Assembly: GCF_047634455.1 (NCBI RefSeq)
Contig: NZ_JBLIAI010000004.1
Location: forward strand, 48,211-112,210
Reading direction: 5' to 3'
Length of the DNA stretch: 64,000 bases
Source of the DNA: Maritalea sp.
GTDB lineage: Bacteria > Pseudomonadota > Alphaproteobacteria > Rhizobiales > Devosiaceae
A program made the translations under genes and the position numbers. Position 1 is the first letter of the stretch. Each line of letters starts with the position of its first letter. The notes under the pieces are model-generated. The model worked only from the letters and a program-made list of their open reading frames with translations, did not search any database and had not been told where the DNA came from. Below are positions 9,018 through 19,032 of the stretch, piece by piece.

Positions 9018-10709
9018 TTATTTCAAAGCAGCGAAAAAGGCCTGATGGCCACCAAGGGTGACGGTTTTGCCGTCATACCCAAATTCAAATCCGTGGTTAT
9101 CTAATGCTGTTGCTGCCATGCTGGCGGGCAGCTCAAACGCCACCTCGTCATTGCTTAAATTGATGACGCACAGCACCGCGTCTGCCCCCTCACCACGCAC
9201 AAAGGCTAGGCCCTCGCGATCCCAATCAAGGAAACGAATGTCTCCCGTGATCAGCGCTGGCAGTTGCTTGCGGAACGCTAAGAACCGCTTGAACTGCGCG
9301 TGAATGGAATTGTTGTCCGCTACCTGTACATCGGCTGCAGTGGCCATATGCTCTGGCGCAACCGGCAACCATGTTTTTGCAGAAGTTGAAAATCCAGCAT
9401 TGTTCTCATTAGCTGACCAAGCAAATGGCGTGCGACATCCATCGCGGCCCTTAAACTCTGGCCAAAAGCGAATACCATATGGATCGGTCAAATCTTCAAA
9501 CCGAACATCAGCTTCTGTAAAGCCAAGTTCGTCGCCCTGATAAAGGCAAACCGAGCCTTTAAGGCTGAGCAATAATGCACCGGCGAGTTTTGCGAATTGG
9601 GTTTTGTCGTTGGCCAAGTCAGCCCAACGGGTCATGTGACGGTTCACATCATGGTTGGAAAATGCCCAGCATGGCCAGCTTTTTCCGCCCGCAAACTCGT
9701 CAGACGCATCTTCAAACTTTGTGATGCATTTTTTGAAATGGGCGGCCGAAAAATCTGGCCCAAGCATATCAAACGAATAACACATATGTAAGCGATCATC
9801 GCCCGCCGTATATTCGGCCATCGTGCGCAAAGAGCGATCACCGTCGCCAACTTCACCCACCGAAGAAGCACCGGGATATTGATCAAGCAGCGCGCGGAAC
9901 TTCTCTAAGAAGCCGATGTTTTCGGGTCGGGTTTTGTCGTAAATGTGTTCTTGAAATCCATATGGGTTGAGATCAGGCACATCGTTTGACCCACCGCCCA
10001 CAACGGGCGGATTGTCGCGCAATTGCTGGTCATGCACGTAAAAGTTCACTGTGTCCAAACGGAAACCATCTACCCCACGCTCAAGCCAAAACCGAACCGT
10101 TTCCAACAAGGCATCTTGCACATCACCATTATGGAAGTTGAGGTCCGGCTGGCTCGGGAGGAAGTTGTGTAAATAATATTGGCGCCGTTTTGGGTCCCAG
10201 CTCCACGCAGCTCCGCCAAATACCGACTGCCAATTGGTCGGCGGTGTGCCATCTGGCCGCGCGTCTGACCAAACATACCAATCCGCTTTGTCGCTATTGC
10301 GGCTTTGGCGACTCTCGGTAAACCACAGATGTTGATCTGACGAATGTGACAAAACCTGATCGATCATCACTTTAAGACCAAGCGCGTGCGCCCGAGCGGT
10401 CATCGCGTCAAAATCTTCTAACGTGCCAAAACTTGGATCAACGTCGCAATAATCAGAAACATCATAACCCATGTCTTTCATAGGCGAGGTAAAGAACGGC
10501 GACAGCCAAATCGCATCAGCGCCAAGGTCAGCTATATAGGGCAAACGCTGTGTTATGCCGCGCAGATCGCCAATACCATCGCCATTGCTGTCTTGAAACG
10601 AACGCGGGTAAATCTGATAGATCACCGCACCGCGCCACCAATCCTGTTGCGTCTGCAAATTCTTTGCAGCGCCTAAATCCAACTGTTTGACAGCAAGTGC
10701 TTCGCTCAT
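9018..10709 (-). CDS. GH13 alpha-glucosidase (AglA-like)
   Basis: [56 protein letters not shown]. Start moved to ATG 10709 because a GGGA RBS precedes it and an operator lies in the upstream extension. Confidence 0.92.
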   Translation of the reverse strand: MSEALAVKQLDLGAAKNLQTQQDWWRGAVIYQIYPRSFQDSNGDGIGDLRGITQRLPYIADLGADAIWLSPFFTSPMKDMGYDVSDYCDVDPSFGTLEDFDAMTARAHALGLKVMIDQVLSHSSDQHLWFTESRQSRNSDKADWYVWSDARPDGTPPTNWQSVFGGAAWSWDPKRRQYYLHNFLPSQPDLNFHNGDVQDALLETVRFWLERGVDGFRLDTVNFYVHDQQLRDNPPVVGGGSNDVPDLNPYGFQEHIYDKTRPENIGFLEKFRALLDQYPGASSVGEVGDGDRSLRTMAEYTAGDDRLHMCYSFDMLGPDFSAAHFKKCITKFEDASDEFAGGKSWPCWAFSNHDVNRHMTRWADLANDKTQFAKLAGALLLSLKGSVCLYQGDELGFTEADVRFEDLTDPYGIRFWPEFKGRDGCRTPFAWSANENNAGFSTSAKTWLPVAPEHMATAADVQVADNNSIHAQFKRFLAFRKQLPALITGDIRFLDWDREGLAFVRGEGADAVLCVINLSNDEVAFELPASMAATALDNHGFEFGYDGKTVTLGGHQAFFAALK

Positions 10710-10762
10710 TCTCGTCCCTACCCCATTTACCGACCCACCTATCGGATTCGGCAACAAATTCA

Positions 10763-10778
10763 TTGAAAGCGCTTTCAA
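10763..10778. promoter_or_regulatory. LacI-family operator 1
   Basis: Perfect palindrome TTGAAAGCGCTTTCAA with central CG. Confidence 0.85.
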
Positions 10779-10970
10779 CAATTGTAAATACAACTGGTTT
10801 TGTCAAGAAACAAAATTAAGAAAAAAACTTCGCATGAGAACAATGAAATTTGGATATCTATGTTAAATGGTTGTTATCATATGATTTTACACCAAAAAAC
10901 CTAGATATTTTCGCCAACATGGTTTTGCAGGACTTGCCAAAAACCCATTTCACCAATATGAAAAAGATAA

Positions 10971-10984
10971 GAAAGCGCTTTCAA
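10971..10984. promoter_or_regulatory. LacI-family operator 2
   Basis: GAAAGCGCTTTCAA, a second copy in front of the regulator gene. Confidence 0.8.
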
Positions 10985-11034
10985 TGATTGCGCAAATTGC
11001 TGCCAAATGGGAGTCGTGGAAGAAGGAGGACGCT

Positions 11035-12057
11035 GTGGCAAATCTAAAATCACTTGCAGAGCATCTCGGCCTTTCGCAGGCCACGGTTTCTCGTGCGCTC
11101 AACAATTATTCAACCGTCAATCAAGCCACCCGCACAAGGGTCTTGGAAGCGGCACAAAAATTGAACTATAGGCCCAATTCAAGCGCCCGCCGTTTGGCCA
11201 CCGGGCGCGCCGATGCCATCGGCATTGTGTTGCCGCATGACGACGACCTGCTTGTTGATCCGCACTTTGCTGACTTTCTCGCCGCCTTCACCAAAAAGCT
11301 TGCGACCTACGACAATGATGTGGTGCTCACCGCTGCCGATAATCCCCAGACCTATCAGCGCTTTGCCCAAATCGGCAAAGTCGACGGGTTTGTGATTTCC
11401 GCCCCCAAAGCCCATGATGAACGCATAGCGGTTTTGTCCAAACTCAACTTCCCTTTCATCGTGCATGGCCGTTGCGAAACCAATCTGCCTTACGGCTTTT
11501 ACGATATCGACAATGAGGGCGCGTTCTATGACGCGACGAAACTATTGCTGGAATTAGGCCATACGCGCATTGGCCTTTTGAACGGCGCGGCAGACCTTAT
11601 GTTCGCCAAGCAACGGTTGGATGGTTATAACCGTGCGCATAAGGACTTTGGCCTAAAAACCGCACCGCAACTCGTTCATCATGATCACATGACCGAAGAA
11701 TATGGCTACCGCCATGCCCAAGCGTTGCTCGAACTCGATGATCGGCCAACGGCGTTCTTGTGTTCCTCAACCCTGATCACGGTTGGCGCGCAGCGCCGCA
11801 TTCGTGAAATGGGGCTTGCGATCGGCAAAGATATCTCGATCATCACCCACGACGATGGATTATCGTCCCTTAAAACCGAAAACTTTTCGGTCGCCCTCAC
11901 CGTCACCCGTGCGCCGATCCGCAATGCGGGTACTGAGATCGCCAAAATGGTCGTGGAACTGGTCCGCGGCACACCAATAGACCAATTGCAAAAAATCGTC
12001 CCGGTTGACCTGATCGTGAGAACATCAACCAGCGCCCCAAGAAGGAAGAAATCGTGA
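11035..12057 (+). CDS. LacI-family transcriptional regulator (AglR-like)
   Basis: NLKSLAEHLGLSQATVSRALN HTH, YRPNSSARRL. GTG start after AGGAGG. Confidence 0.92.
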   Translation: MANLKSLAEHLGLSQATVSRALNNYSTVNQATRTRVLEAAQKLNYRPNSSARRLATGRADAIGIVLPHDDDLLVDPHFADFLAAFTKKLATYDNDVVLTAADNPQTYQRFAQIGKVDGFVISAPKAHDERIAVLSKLNFPFIVHGRCETNLPYGFYDIDNEGAFYDATKLLLELGHTRIGLLNGAADLMFAKQRLDGYNRAHKDFGLKTAPQLVHHDHMTEEYGYRHAQALLELDDRPTAFLCSSTLITVGAQRRIREMGLAIGKDISIITHDDGLSSLKTENFSVALTVTRAPIRNAGTEIAKMVVELVRGTPIDQLQKIVPVDLIVRTSTSAPRRKKS

Positions 12058-13133
12058 GCAAAGCCAAAAAGGTCTTGGAAATCAGCAACCTCAAAAAGAA
12101 CTATGGTTCGGTTGAGGTTCTGCACGACATCAACATCGATATGGACGAAGCCGAGTTTTTGGTTTTGCTCGGTCCTTCTGGTTGCGGCAAATCCACCCTT
12201 TTAAATTGCATTGCGGGCCTTGAAACCATCAATGATGGCGCGATCAAAATTGGCGGCAAAGACATGACGCAAACACCGCCCGGCGACCGGGATATTGCCA
12301 TGGTGTTTCAGTCTTACGCGCTCTACCCGACCATGAGTGTGGGCGAAAACATCACCTTTGGATTGAAAGTGCGCGGCACCGCCAAAGCAGAGCAGAAAAA
12401 ACAGCTGCAACGGGTCGCTGAGATTTTACAGCTCGATCAATTGCTTGACCGCAAACCCAGCGCCCTCTCCGGCGGCCAACGACAACGGGTGGCCATGGGC
12501 CGCGCACTCGTGCGTGATCCACAACTCTATTTGTTCGACGAGCCCCTTTCGAACCTTGATGCAAAACTGCGTGTGGAAATGCGCGCCGAGATTAAAAGCC
12601 TGCATCAGCGGGTCAACGCGTCAATTGTTTATGTGACCCACGATCAAATCGAAGCCATGACTTTAGCCACGCGCATTTGCATCCTAAAAGACGGACATAT
12701 CCAACAAATCGGCACCCCCGACGAGGTTTATTACAAACCCGCCAACACCTATGTTGCGGGCTTCATGGGCTCACCGCCGATGAATATTTTGCCTGTTTGC
12801 GCAAACAATGATGGTTCGATTTCCATTGCCAATGACAAGCGCACCCTCAAAAACGCTGGTTTGAACATTAAAGGCGATGCCCTGTTGGGTATCCGCCCAG
12901 AGGAAATTCGCGTTGTTGCAGAGGATCAGGGACTTCTTGACCAATCCGTGACAGCAACCGCCATTGAGCGCACCGGCTCAGACACTTATATTACAGCTCT
13001 GATCGGCGAACAGAAATTCACCATCCGCGAGGCGGCGCGCAAACAGGTCAATGTTGGCGACCATTTCAATATCCAGTTTGATCATGACGCGATTAGCTTG
13101 TTTGACAAAGACAGCGGGCAACGGATTATCTAA
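12054..13133 (+). CDS. malK: Sugar ABC transporter ATP-binding protein (MalK-like)
   Basis: GPSGCGKST, AMVFQSYALYP, LSGGQRQRVAMGRA, DEPLSNLDAKLR, GSPPMN. Confidence 0.88.
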   Translation: MSKAKKVLEISNLKKNYGSVEVLHDINIDMDEAEFLVLLGPSGCGKSTLLNCIAGLETINDGAIKIGGKDMTQTPPGDRDIAMVFQSYALYPTMSVGENITFGLKVRGTAKAEQKKQLQRVAEILQLDQLLDRKPSALSGGQRQRVAMGRALVRDPQLYLFDEPLSNLDAKLRVEMRAEIKSLHQRVNASIVYVTHDQIEAMTLATRICILKDGHIQQIGTPDEVYYKPANTYVAGFMGSPPMNILPVCANNDGSISIANDKRTLKNAGLNIKGDALLGIRPEEIRVVAEDQGLLDQSVTATAIERTGSDTYITALIGEQKFTIREAARKQVNVGDHFNIQFDHDAISLFDKDSGQRII

Positions 13134-13194
13134 CACCCCCAACGCCTCAAAACCTATTCTGCGCCACAAAATTTTGTCCAATCACTCAACTTTC

Positions 13195-13282
13195 CGAAAC
13201 GAAATTCACACAACCGCAGGTTCTGTACAGATAATTGTGAAAAATTCTTGACAGCAGCTAGTGACTTGAAGGAACATCTTCA
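13195..13282. promoter_or_regulatory. Three 16-bp imperfect dyads, putative RpiR-family operators
   Basis: CGAAACGAAATTCACA (13195), TGAAAAATTCTTGACA (13238), TGAAGGAACATCTTCA (13267); they resemble the sites at 27364-27452. Confidence 0.45.
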
Positions 13283-13414
13283 GATTGTCACAAAAGTGCT
13301 ATGGTTGATGTTTATCTCTTCACCAGCGCTTCAAGTGGCGCAACGAAAATAAAAAGGGGCTCACGCGGCAATTCTGCTTCGCGGTTGAAAGCCCTTCACA
13401 AGTGGAGTGAAATC

Positions 13415-14482
13415 ATGAACAAGATTCTATCATCAGGCATCGCGCTGCTTGCAGCAGGTGTTTTGAGCGCATCAGCGGCTCAAGCTGAAACATTGCGTTT
13501 GCTCACATGGGGCGGCTACGCACCTGAGAACGTTGTTGAATTGTTTGAAAAAGAAACAGGCCACATCGTTGAAGTGACCAAATCAAACAACGAAGAAATG
13601 GTTGCCAAACTTCGCGCAACAAATGGCGGCGGTTTTGACCTTGCTCAACCGAGCCAAGACCGTATCGCGGGCGCACAGGCCGAGTTTGATATCTACAAAC
13701 CAATCGACATGTCAAAAATCGACGCAAGCCAATTCATCCCCTCCATGTTGGAAGCCACAAAAGGCAACACCATGATTGGTAGCGATGTATATGGCGTGCC
13801 GCACGTTTGGGGCACATCTGGTTTGGTGGTCAACACGGCTGAAGCAGGTCAAGTCAAAGATTATTTGGACCTTTGTGACCCATCAGTTGCAGGCAAAGTG
13901 TCTTACCGTTTGAAACGCCCAACTTTGATTGGTTTTGCTTTCTCAATGGGCCTAGATCCATTCGCAGCTTACAATGATGAAGCAGCTTATGCAGACATTT
14001 TGGCACAGGTAGAAGCCAAATTGGTTGAATGTAAATCGAACGTCAAAACCTATTGGGGTGGCGGCGACGAAATTAAGAACCTCCTTCGTTCAGGCGAAGT
14101 TGTTGCTGCAATGGCTTGGGATACAGGCGGTTGGTCTTTGAACGAAGACAATGCTGACATCACTTTTGTGGCCCCAACAGCTGGTGCTTTGGGCTGGATC
14201 GATACATTTGCAATGCCAAAACGTGGCCGTGCAGATGAAGCTGCATATGCTTGGATCAACTTCGTGATGCGTCCTGAAATCGCGGCGATGATCACAACAG
14301 CTGCTGGCAACTTCACCGCTTCACAAGGTGGCGACGCTGGTGTTGATGATGCCCTTAAAGCCCGTTACCAAGCGAGCTTCCCACAAGCGGCTATCGACAA
14401 CATCAAATGGTACCCAACGGTTCCAGCAAATCTTGAAACCCTTGAGGGCGCAGTACTTGATCGCGTAAACGCAGCCAAGTAA
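13415..14482 (+). CDS. PotD/PotF-family ABC substrate-binding protein
   Basis: Signal peptide MNKILSSG...AQA, LRLLTWGGY, VPHVWGTSGL, ALGWIDTFAMP, AYAWINF. Start after GGAG. Confidence 0.88.
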   Translation: MNKILSSGIALLAAGVLSASAAQAETLRLLTWGGYAPENVVELFEKETGHIVEVTKSNNEEMVAKLRATNGGGFDLAQPSQDRIAGAQAEFDIYKPIDMSKIDASQFIPSMLEATKGNTMIGSDVYGVPHVWGTSGLVVNTAEAGQVKDYLDLCDPSVAGKVSYRLKRPTLIGFAFSMGLDPFAAYNDEAAYADILAQVEAKLVECKSNVKTYWGGGDEIKNLLRSGEVVAAMAWDTGGWSLNEDNADITFVAPTAGALGWIDTFAMPKRGRADEAAYAWINFVMRPEIAAMITTAAGNFTASQGGDAGVDDALKARYQASFPQAAIDNIKWYPTVPANLETLEGAVLDRVNAAK

Positions 14483-14509
14483 ACTTAGCTTCTTAAGGCA
14501 AACCAAATT

Positions 14510-14535
14510 GAAGGGGCGCGATTTCGCGCCTCTTC
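14510..14535 (+). other. Intercistronic stem-loop after the SBP gene
   Basis: GAAGGGGCGCG-ATTT-CGCGCCTCTTC. Confidence 0.6.
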
Positions 14536-14556
14536 TGCCATCCTTTGGGGGGATAG

Positions 14557-15675
14557 ATGAGCCAGACCAATTCAGCCGCGCAATTCGACCTTGAATGCCG
14601 CAAGATCAATAAAGACTTTGGCGGGTTCAAAGCCGTAAACGATGTGAGCTTTGGCGTACCTAACGGCACGTTCTTCTCCATTCTGGGACCATCCGGCTGC
14701 GGCAAAACCACCCTGTTGCGCATGATTGCTGGCTTTCAAGAGGCAACCAGCGGCGACTTGCTGATTAAAGGCAATTCGATGATCGGTGTGGCGCCAAATA
14801 AACGCCCGGTATCGATGGTGTTTCAACATTTGGCACTTTTTCCGATGATGGATATTGCGGCCAATGTCGGCTTCGGTCTTCGTCAGCGCGGCTTCGCGCG
14901 CGAAGATATTGCCAAACGCGTTGAAACAGTACTTGAGCGTGTCGGCCTGCCTGGTGTGGGATCGCGGCAAATCAACCAACTGTCAGGTGGGCAAAAACAG
15001 CGTGTGGCCATTGCCCGCTGCATGGTTTTGGAACCTGACGTTTTGCTGCTCGACGAACCGCTGGGTGCGCTCGACCTCAAGCTGCGCGAGCACATGAAAA
15101 TTGAGCTGAAAACACTGCAATCAGAATTTGGCACCACGTTTGTTTACATCACCCACGACCAATCCGAGGCGCTTGTGATGAGCGACCAAATCGCGGTGAT
15201 GAACCATGGTGAGTTTGAACAAGTGGGCACAGCCCGCGAGCTTTACCACGAACCAAACACCGCCTTTGTTGCGGGTTTTGTGGGCGAAGCAAACAAATAT
15301 AATGCAACCGTTGATGCAGCCCACGGCGATGCGGTAACCTTGGTCACCCAAGAGGGCATGGAACTAAAAGGCATTAGCCCGATTTCAACAATGGCAAAAG
15401 GTGATAAAGCCGAAGTGTTTGTGCGGCCCGAAGCGGTGCGCCTTGCAACACAGGCCGACCAATTCGGCGGCATTGAAAACCTGAACACCGGGATTGTTGA
15501 AAAAATCCTGTTTAACGGTGCCAACAGCCACATCATATTGCGTGAAGAGAAATCTGGCGGCGAGATGAATGTCGCCATTCCGCAAACCGGTGAATTTAGA
15601 GACCTCAACAAGGGCGACAAAATCTTTATTGGCTGGGAAGCAGCGCAGACCCGCTGCTATGCGGCAGGAGCCTAA
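14557..15675 (+). CDS. PotA-like ABC ATP-binding protein
   Basis: GPSGCGKTT, LSGGQKQRVAIAR, DEPLGALDLKLR, THDQSEALVMSD, TOBE-like tail. Confidence 0.9.
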   Translation: MSQTNSAAQFDLECRKINKDFGGFKAVNDVSFGVPNGTFFSILGPSGCGKTTLLRMIAGFQEATSGDLLIKGNSMIGVAPNKRPVSMVFQHLALFPMMDIAANVGFGLRQRGFAREDIAKRVETVLERVGLPGVGSRQINQLSGGQKQRVAIARCMVLEPDVLLLDEPLGALDLKLREHMKIELKTLQSEFGTTFVYITHDQSEALVMSDQIAVMNHGEFEQVGTARELYHEPNTAFVAGFVGEANKYNATVDAAHGDAVTLVTQEGMELKGISPISTMAKGDKAEVFVRPEAVRLATQADQFGGIENLNTGIVEKILFNGANSHIILREEKSGGEMNVAIPQTGEFRDLNKGDKIFIGWEAAQTRCYAAGA

Positions 15676-15676
15676 G

Positions 15677-16540
15677 ATGAACCAAGCCCAATCCCGCCTC
15701 GGCCTCTATTTGCTCTTGGCACCCTTAATGCTTTGGCTCATCCTGCTGATTATTGTACCCCATATCGGCATGTTCCTTGTCTCCATCAGCGTTAAAACCG
15801 GTGTCCGACAATATGTGACGGGCTTGGGCAACTATATGGTGTTCTTCACAGAACCTTTATATTGGAACACATTTGCCCGCACAGCTTTCATGTCCATTGC
15901 GGCAACTTTTCTCACCTTGTTGATCGGCTTTCCAGTAGCTTACTACATCGCAAAACTAACGCGCGGCCGCACCAAAACCACCCTATTTCTGATGTGCCTA
16001 ATCCCGTTTTGGGTGAGCGAATTAGTCCGCACATTTGGCTGGATGATTCTGCTGCGCGAAACCGGCGTTTTTTCCAGCTTCTTGCAATATATCGGTATCC
16101 TGTCTGGGCCGGTTGAGTTCCTTTACAATGACACCGCAATTATGATCGGCCTTGTCTATACTTCGATGCTGTTTATGGTGGTGCCACTGGTCACAACGCT
16201 CGATAGCCTTGATGATAGCCTTATCGAAGCAGGATATGATCTGGGTGGCAACGGCATTTCAATTTTGCGCGAAATTATCATCCCCCACGCAATGCCTGGC
16301 ATCGTTTCAGGTTCCATTGTGGTGTTCATGCTTTCGCTTGGAAACTACCTCACCCCAATTCTGTTGGGCGGCAAGGACAGCCTGTGGTTCACCGGCCTGA
16401 TCTATAGCCAGTTTATCACACGTTTCAATTGGGAGTTGGGGTCTGCGTTTGGCTTCTTGTTGCTTATTCTGTCGTCGACCATTGTTTGGCTTGGCCTAAA
16501 GCTTTCGCGCCAATCCCTAACCGATACAGTGGGGCGCTAG
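15677..16540 (+). CDS. PotB-like ABC permease
   Basis: IPFWVSELVRTFGW, EAGYDLG loop, LLGG motif. Start at ATG 15677. Confidence 0.88.
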   Translation: MNQAQSRLGLYLLLAPLMLWLILLIIVPHIGMFLVSISVKTGVRQYVTGLGNYMVFFTEPLYWNTFARTAFMSIAATFLTLLIGFPVAYYIAKLTRGRTKTTLFLMCLIPFWVSELVRTFGWMILLRETGVFSSFLQYIGILSGPVEFLYNDTAIMIGLVYTSMLFMVVPLVTTLDSLDDSLIEAGYDLGGNGISILREIIIPHAMPGIVSGSIVVFMLSLGNYLTPILLGGKDSLWFTGLIYSQFITRFNWELGSAFGFLLLILSSTIVWLGLKLSRQSLTDTVGR

Positions 16541-16800
16541 GTCATAGTCGTACAAATAGGAGGAAAATGGTGATGAGAAATTTTTTGACCAAACAGGCGC
16601 AATCTTGCAGTAAACCTTCTGGTTTTCAAAAGGGTGCAACGCATTTGGACGTAAAATTCCCATCATCCTGTGGACGTGAAATGGCTTCATTCTCCTTCGT
16701 CATCCCCCGCCAACTGGCCAACAAGGCCACCTATCGGCAGCTTCCTCGTATAGTTTTGCCATTTTGGTGCCATTTCCAGCCTATTAGTAGGACTATGACC
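16540..16800. mobile_element. 261-bp non-autonomous miniature inverted-repeat element (MITE) with TA target duplication
   Basis: Left end GGTCATAGTCGTACAAATAGG; reverse complement of the right end GGTCATAGTCCTACTAATAGG (19/21 match). TA at 16538-16539 and 16801-16802. No transposase. Confidence 0.8.
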
Positions 16801-16804
16801 TAAT

Positions 16805-17662
16805 ATGATCGCAACAATCCCACAATCCAAAACCTTCAAATGGACTTACCGCGTTTACGTCACGCTGTTCTTCATCTATCTGGCTTTGCCACTGGCTGTT
16901 GTGAGCGCCTTCGCGTTCAACGATAGTGTCTTCCCATCCCTACCCTGGGAGGGGTTCACGTGGGCCTGGTTCTTCGGCGATGAAGCGCCCTATATCGGCG
17001 TGTTTAACGAGCGCTCGATCATCAAATCCATCGGCACATCACTATTTGTCGCCTTCTGGGTGTCGCTATTGTCGATTGCGGTTGGCACATCAAACGCCTT
17101 TTTGTTTGTGCGCTACCAATTCAAGTTCAAAGAGTTTCTATACATCTTGATGTTATTGCCGCTGATCATTCCCGGCATCATTTTGGGCATCTCGATCTTG
17201 GTGTTTTCCAACACTGTCGCCAATAACCTTGAAGATGCGACAGGCATGTGGTTCGATGGGCTTCGCCCCGGATTGCCATTGGTTATCCTTGGACAATTCA
17301 GCTTTATCGCCACCTTCGCAACGCTGGTCATTTCGGCAAGGCTCGAAAAATTTGACCGCTCACTGGAAGAAGCCGCCCTTAATTTGGGTGCCAGCAAATG
17401 GGGCGCGGTGCGCCAGATCACGCTCCCATTCCTAATGCCAGCAATCGCGGGCGCAGGTGTAGTTGCTGTGTTGATGAGCTTTGAGAACTTCAACACCACG
17501 CTCATGCTGGTGGGTTCCGATGCGCCGCTGACCATCACCATGTTTGATCGATTGAAACAGGGCTCAACGCCGGTGCTCAATTCGGTTTCATTGTTGCTGA
17601 TCGTCGTTTCTGCGTTGCTTGGCGTGGCGTCGTTGTTGTTCCAGAAGAAAGAAAAAAACTAA
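16805..17662 (+). CDS. PotC-like ABC permease
   Basis: FIYLALPL...FND, LPLIIPGIILG, SLEEAALNLGA, SFENF. Confidence 0.88.
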   Translation: MIATIPQSKTFKWTYRVYVTLFFIYLALPLAVVSAFAFNDSVFPSLPWEGFTWAWFFGDEAPYIGVFNERSIIKSIGTSLFVAFWVSLLSIAVGTSNAFLFVRYQFKFKEFLYILMLLPLIIPGIILGISILVFSNTVANNLEDATGMWFDGLRPGLPLVILGQFSFIATFATLVISARLEKFDRSLEEAALNLGASKWGAVRQITLPFLMPAIAGAGVVAVLMSFENFNTTLMLVGSDAPLTITMFDRLKQGSTPVLNSVSLLLIVVSALLGVASLLFQKKEKN

Positions 17663-17814
17663 CGCGTTAAATCGGCACCGTCTAGTTCAACGCACTTGCG
17701 ATCCGAAGCCAATCTCGGCGTGCATGATCGATCTCATCAAACTACGCATAGGCGTTCACCTCCTAAGATCAATCAAACACGAACGACGCCAAACAGCAAT
17801 TCCTGGGCACGCAC

Positions 17815-17842
17815 AAAAAAAGCCGATCCTTTCGGACCGGCT
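17815..17842 (-). terminator. Intrinsic terminator of the Fe-ADH operon
   Basis: AGCCGGTCC-GAAA-GGATCGGCT followed by a T-run on the minus strand. Confidence 0.8.
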
Positions 17843-17881
17843 CAAGTTTGTCGTTAAAGGGAAACGACTAGGGTTCAAAAA

Positions 17882-19027
17882 TTAGAAACAGGCTTTCAGA
17901 AGCTCGAGCGTGTTTTCGTAAGTCATCTCAACCGGATTACCGCCAGTGCTTGGGTCTTGCAGCGCTGATTTTGTGAGCTGGTCCAAGTCGGGGTTGGTCA
18001 CACCAAGTTCGGTGAGGTTTTTCGCAATGCCAAGGCTGTCATTTAGATCGCCCACATAGGCGTAAAAACCCTCATAGCCCCCGGCAATACCGAGATAGTT
18101 CGCTGCCATTGTCAGGCGATCTTCAACAGCTGATCGGTTGAAGGTCAAAACCGGTTGCATCACCACAGCGTTCGTCGTGCCATGATGGGTGTTGTGAACT
18201 GCACCAATCGGATGCGATAGCGCATGGATCGCCCCGAGACCTTTTTGGAATGCGGTTGAGCCCATTGCAGCGGCTGACATCATGTGCGCCCGCGCTTCAA
18301 TGTCTGAGCCATCGGCATAGGCGCGTGGCAAATAGTCCTTGACCAACCGCATACCTTCAAGCGCAATGCCTTGGCTCATCGGGTGATAATGGGGTGAGCA
18401 AAACGCTTCCAAACAATGGGCAAACGCATCCATGCCGGTGCCTGCCGTAATAAACTTTGGCATGCCAGTGGTCAGTTCTGGATCGCAAATCACGACAGAA
18501 GGTAAAATCTTCGGATGGAAGATGATTTTCTTTTCGTGCGTCACCGAATTGGTGATGATCGACGCGCGGCCAACCTCTGATCCAGTGCCTGCGGTTGTTG
18601 GCACGGCAACGATAGGCGCAATGCCGTTCACGTCGGCGCGTGTCCACCAATCGCCCACATCTTCAAAGTCCCATAGCGGGCGGGTTTGGCCGGACATGAA
18701 GGCAATCACTTTGCCCAAATCAAGCGCAGAGCCGCCACCGAACGCGATCACCCCATCATGGCCGCCTTCGCGATATTGCTTAAGGCCCGCCTCAGCGTTC
18801 AACTCGTTTGGGTTCGGATCAACTTCAAAGAACATCGCGCGGCCAAGGCCCTCAGCTTCCAGCAAATCCAATGTTTTGGTGGTAATCGGCAGCGTCGCCA
18901 AGCCTTTGTCGCTCACGAGCAACGGTTTCTTGATGCCCACCGCAGCACATGCGTCCGCGATTTCTGAGATACGGCCCGCGCCAAAACGGATCGGGGTTGG
19001 GTAGTTCCAGTTTCCTTGCAACAACAT
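17882..19027 (-). CDS. Iron-containing alcohol dehydrogenase
   Basis: NWNYPTPIRFGAG, GGGSALD, PTTAGTGSE, GMDAFAHCLE, GAIHALSH, HHG. Start at ATG 19027. Confidence 0.92.
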   Translation of the reverse strand: MLLQGNWNYPTPIRFGAGRISEIADACAAVGIKKPLLVSDKGLATLPITTKTLDLLEAEGLGRAMFFEVDPNPNELNAEAGLKQYREGGHDGVIAFGGGSALDLGKVIAFMSGQTRPLWDFEDVGDWWTRADVNGIAPIVAVPTTAGTGSEVGRASIITNSVTHEKKIIFHPKILPSVVICDPELTTGMPKFITAGTGMDAFAHCLEAFCSPHYHPMSQGIALEGMRLVKDYLPRAYADGSDIEARAHMMSAAAMGSTAFQKGLGAIHALSHPIGAVHNTHHGTTNAVVMQPVLTFNRSAVEDRLTMAANYLGIAGGYEGFYAYVGDLNDSLGIAKNLTELGVTNPDLDQLTKSALQDPSTGGNPVEMTYENTLELLKACF

Positions 19028-19032
19028 CGTCG

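Noticed and set aside
10710-11034. N-terminal extensions of the GH13 and LacI ORFs in the track
   Set aside because: They run through operator or promoter DNA; better RBS-linked starts exist at 10709 and 11035. Starts of several other ORFs were trimmed for the same reason.
16540-16800. Element as an autonomous IS, tRNA or riboswitch
   Set aside because: Too short for a transposase, no DDE motif, no cloverleaf or recognisable riboswitch consensus; TIRs plus TA fit a MITE.
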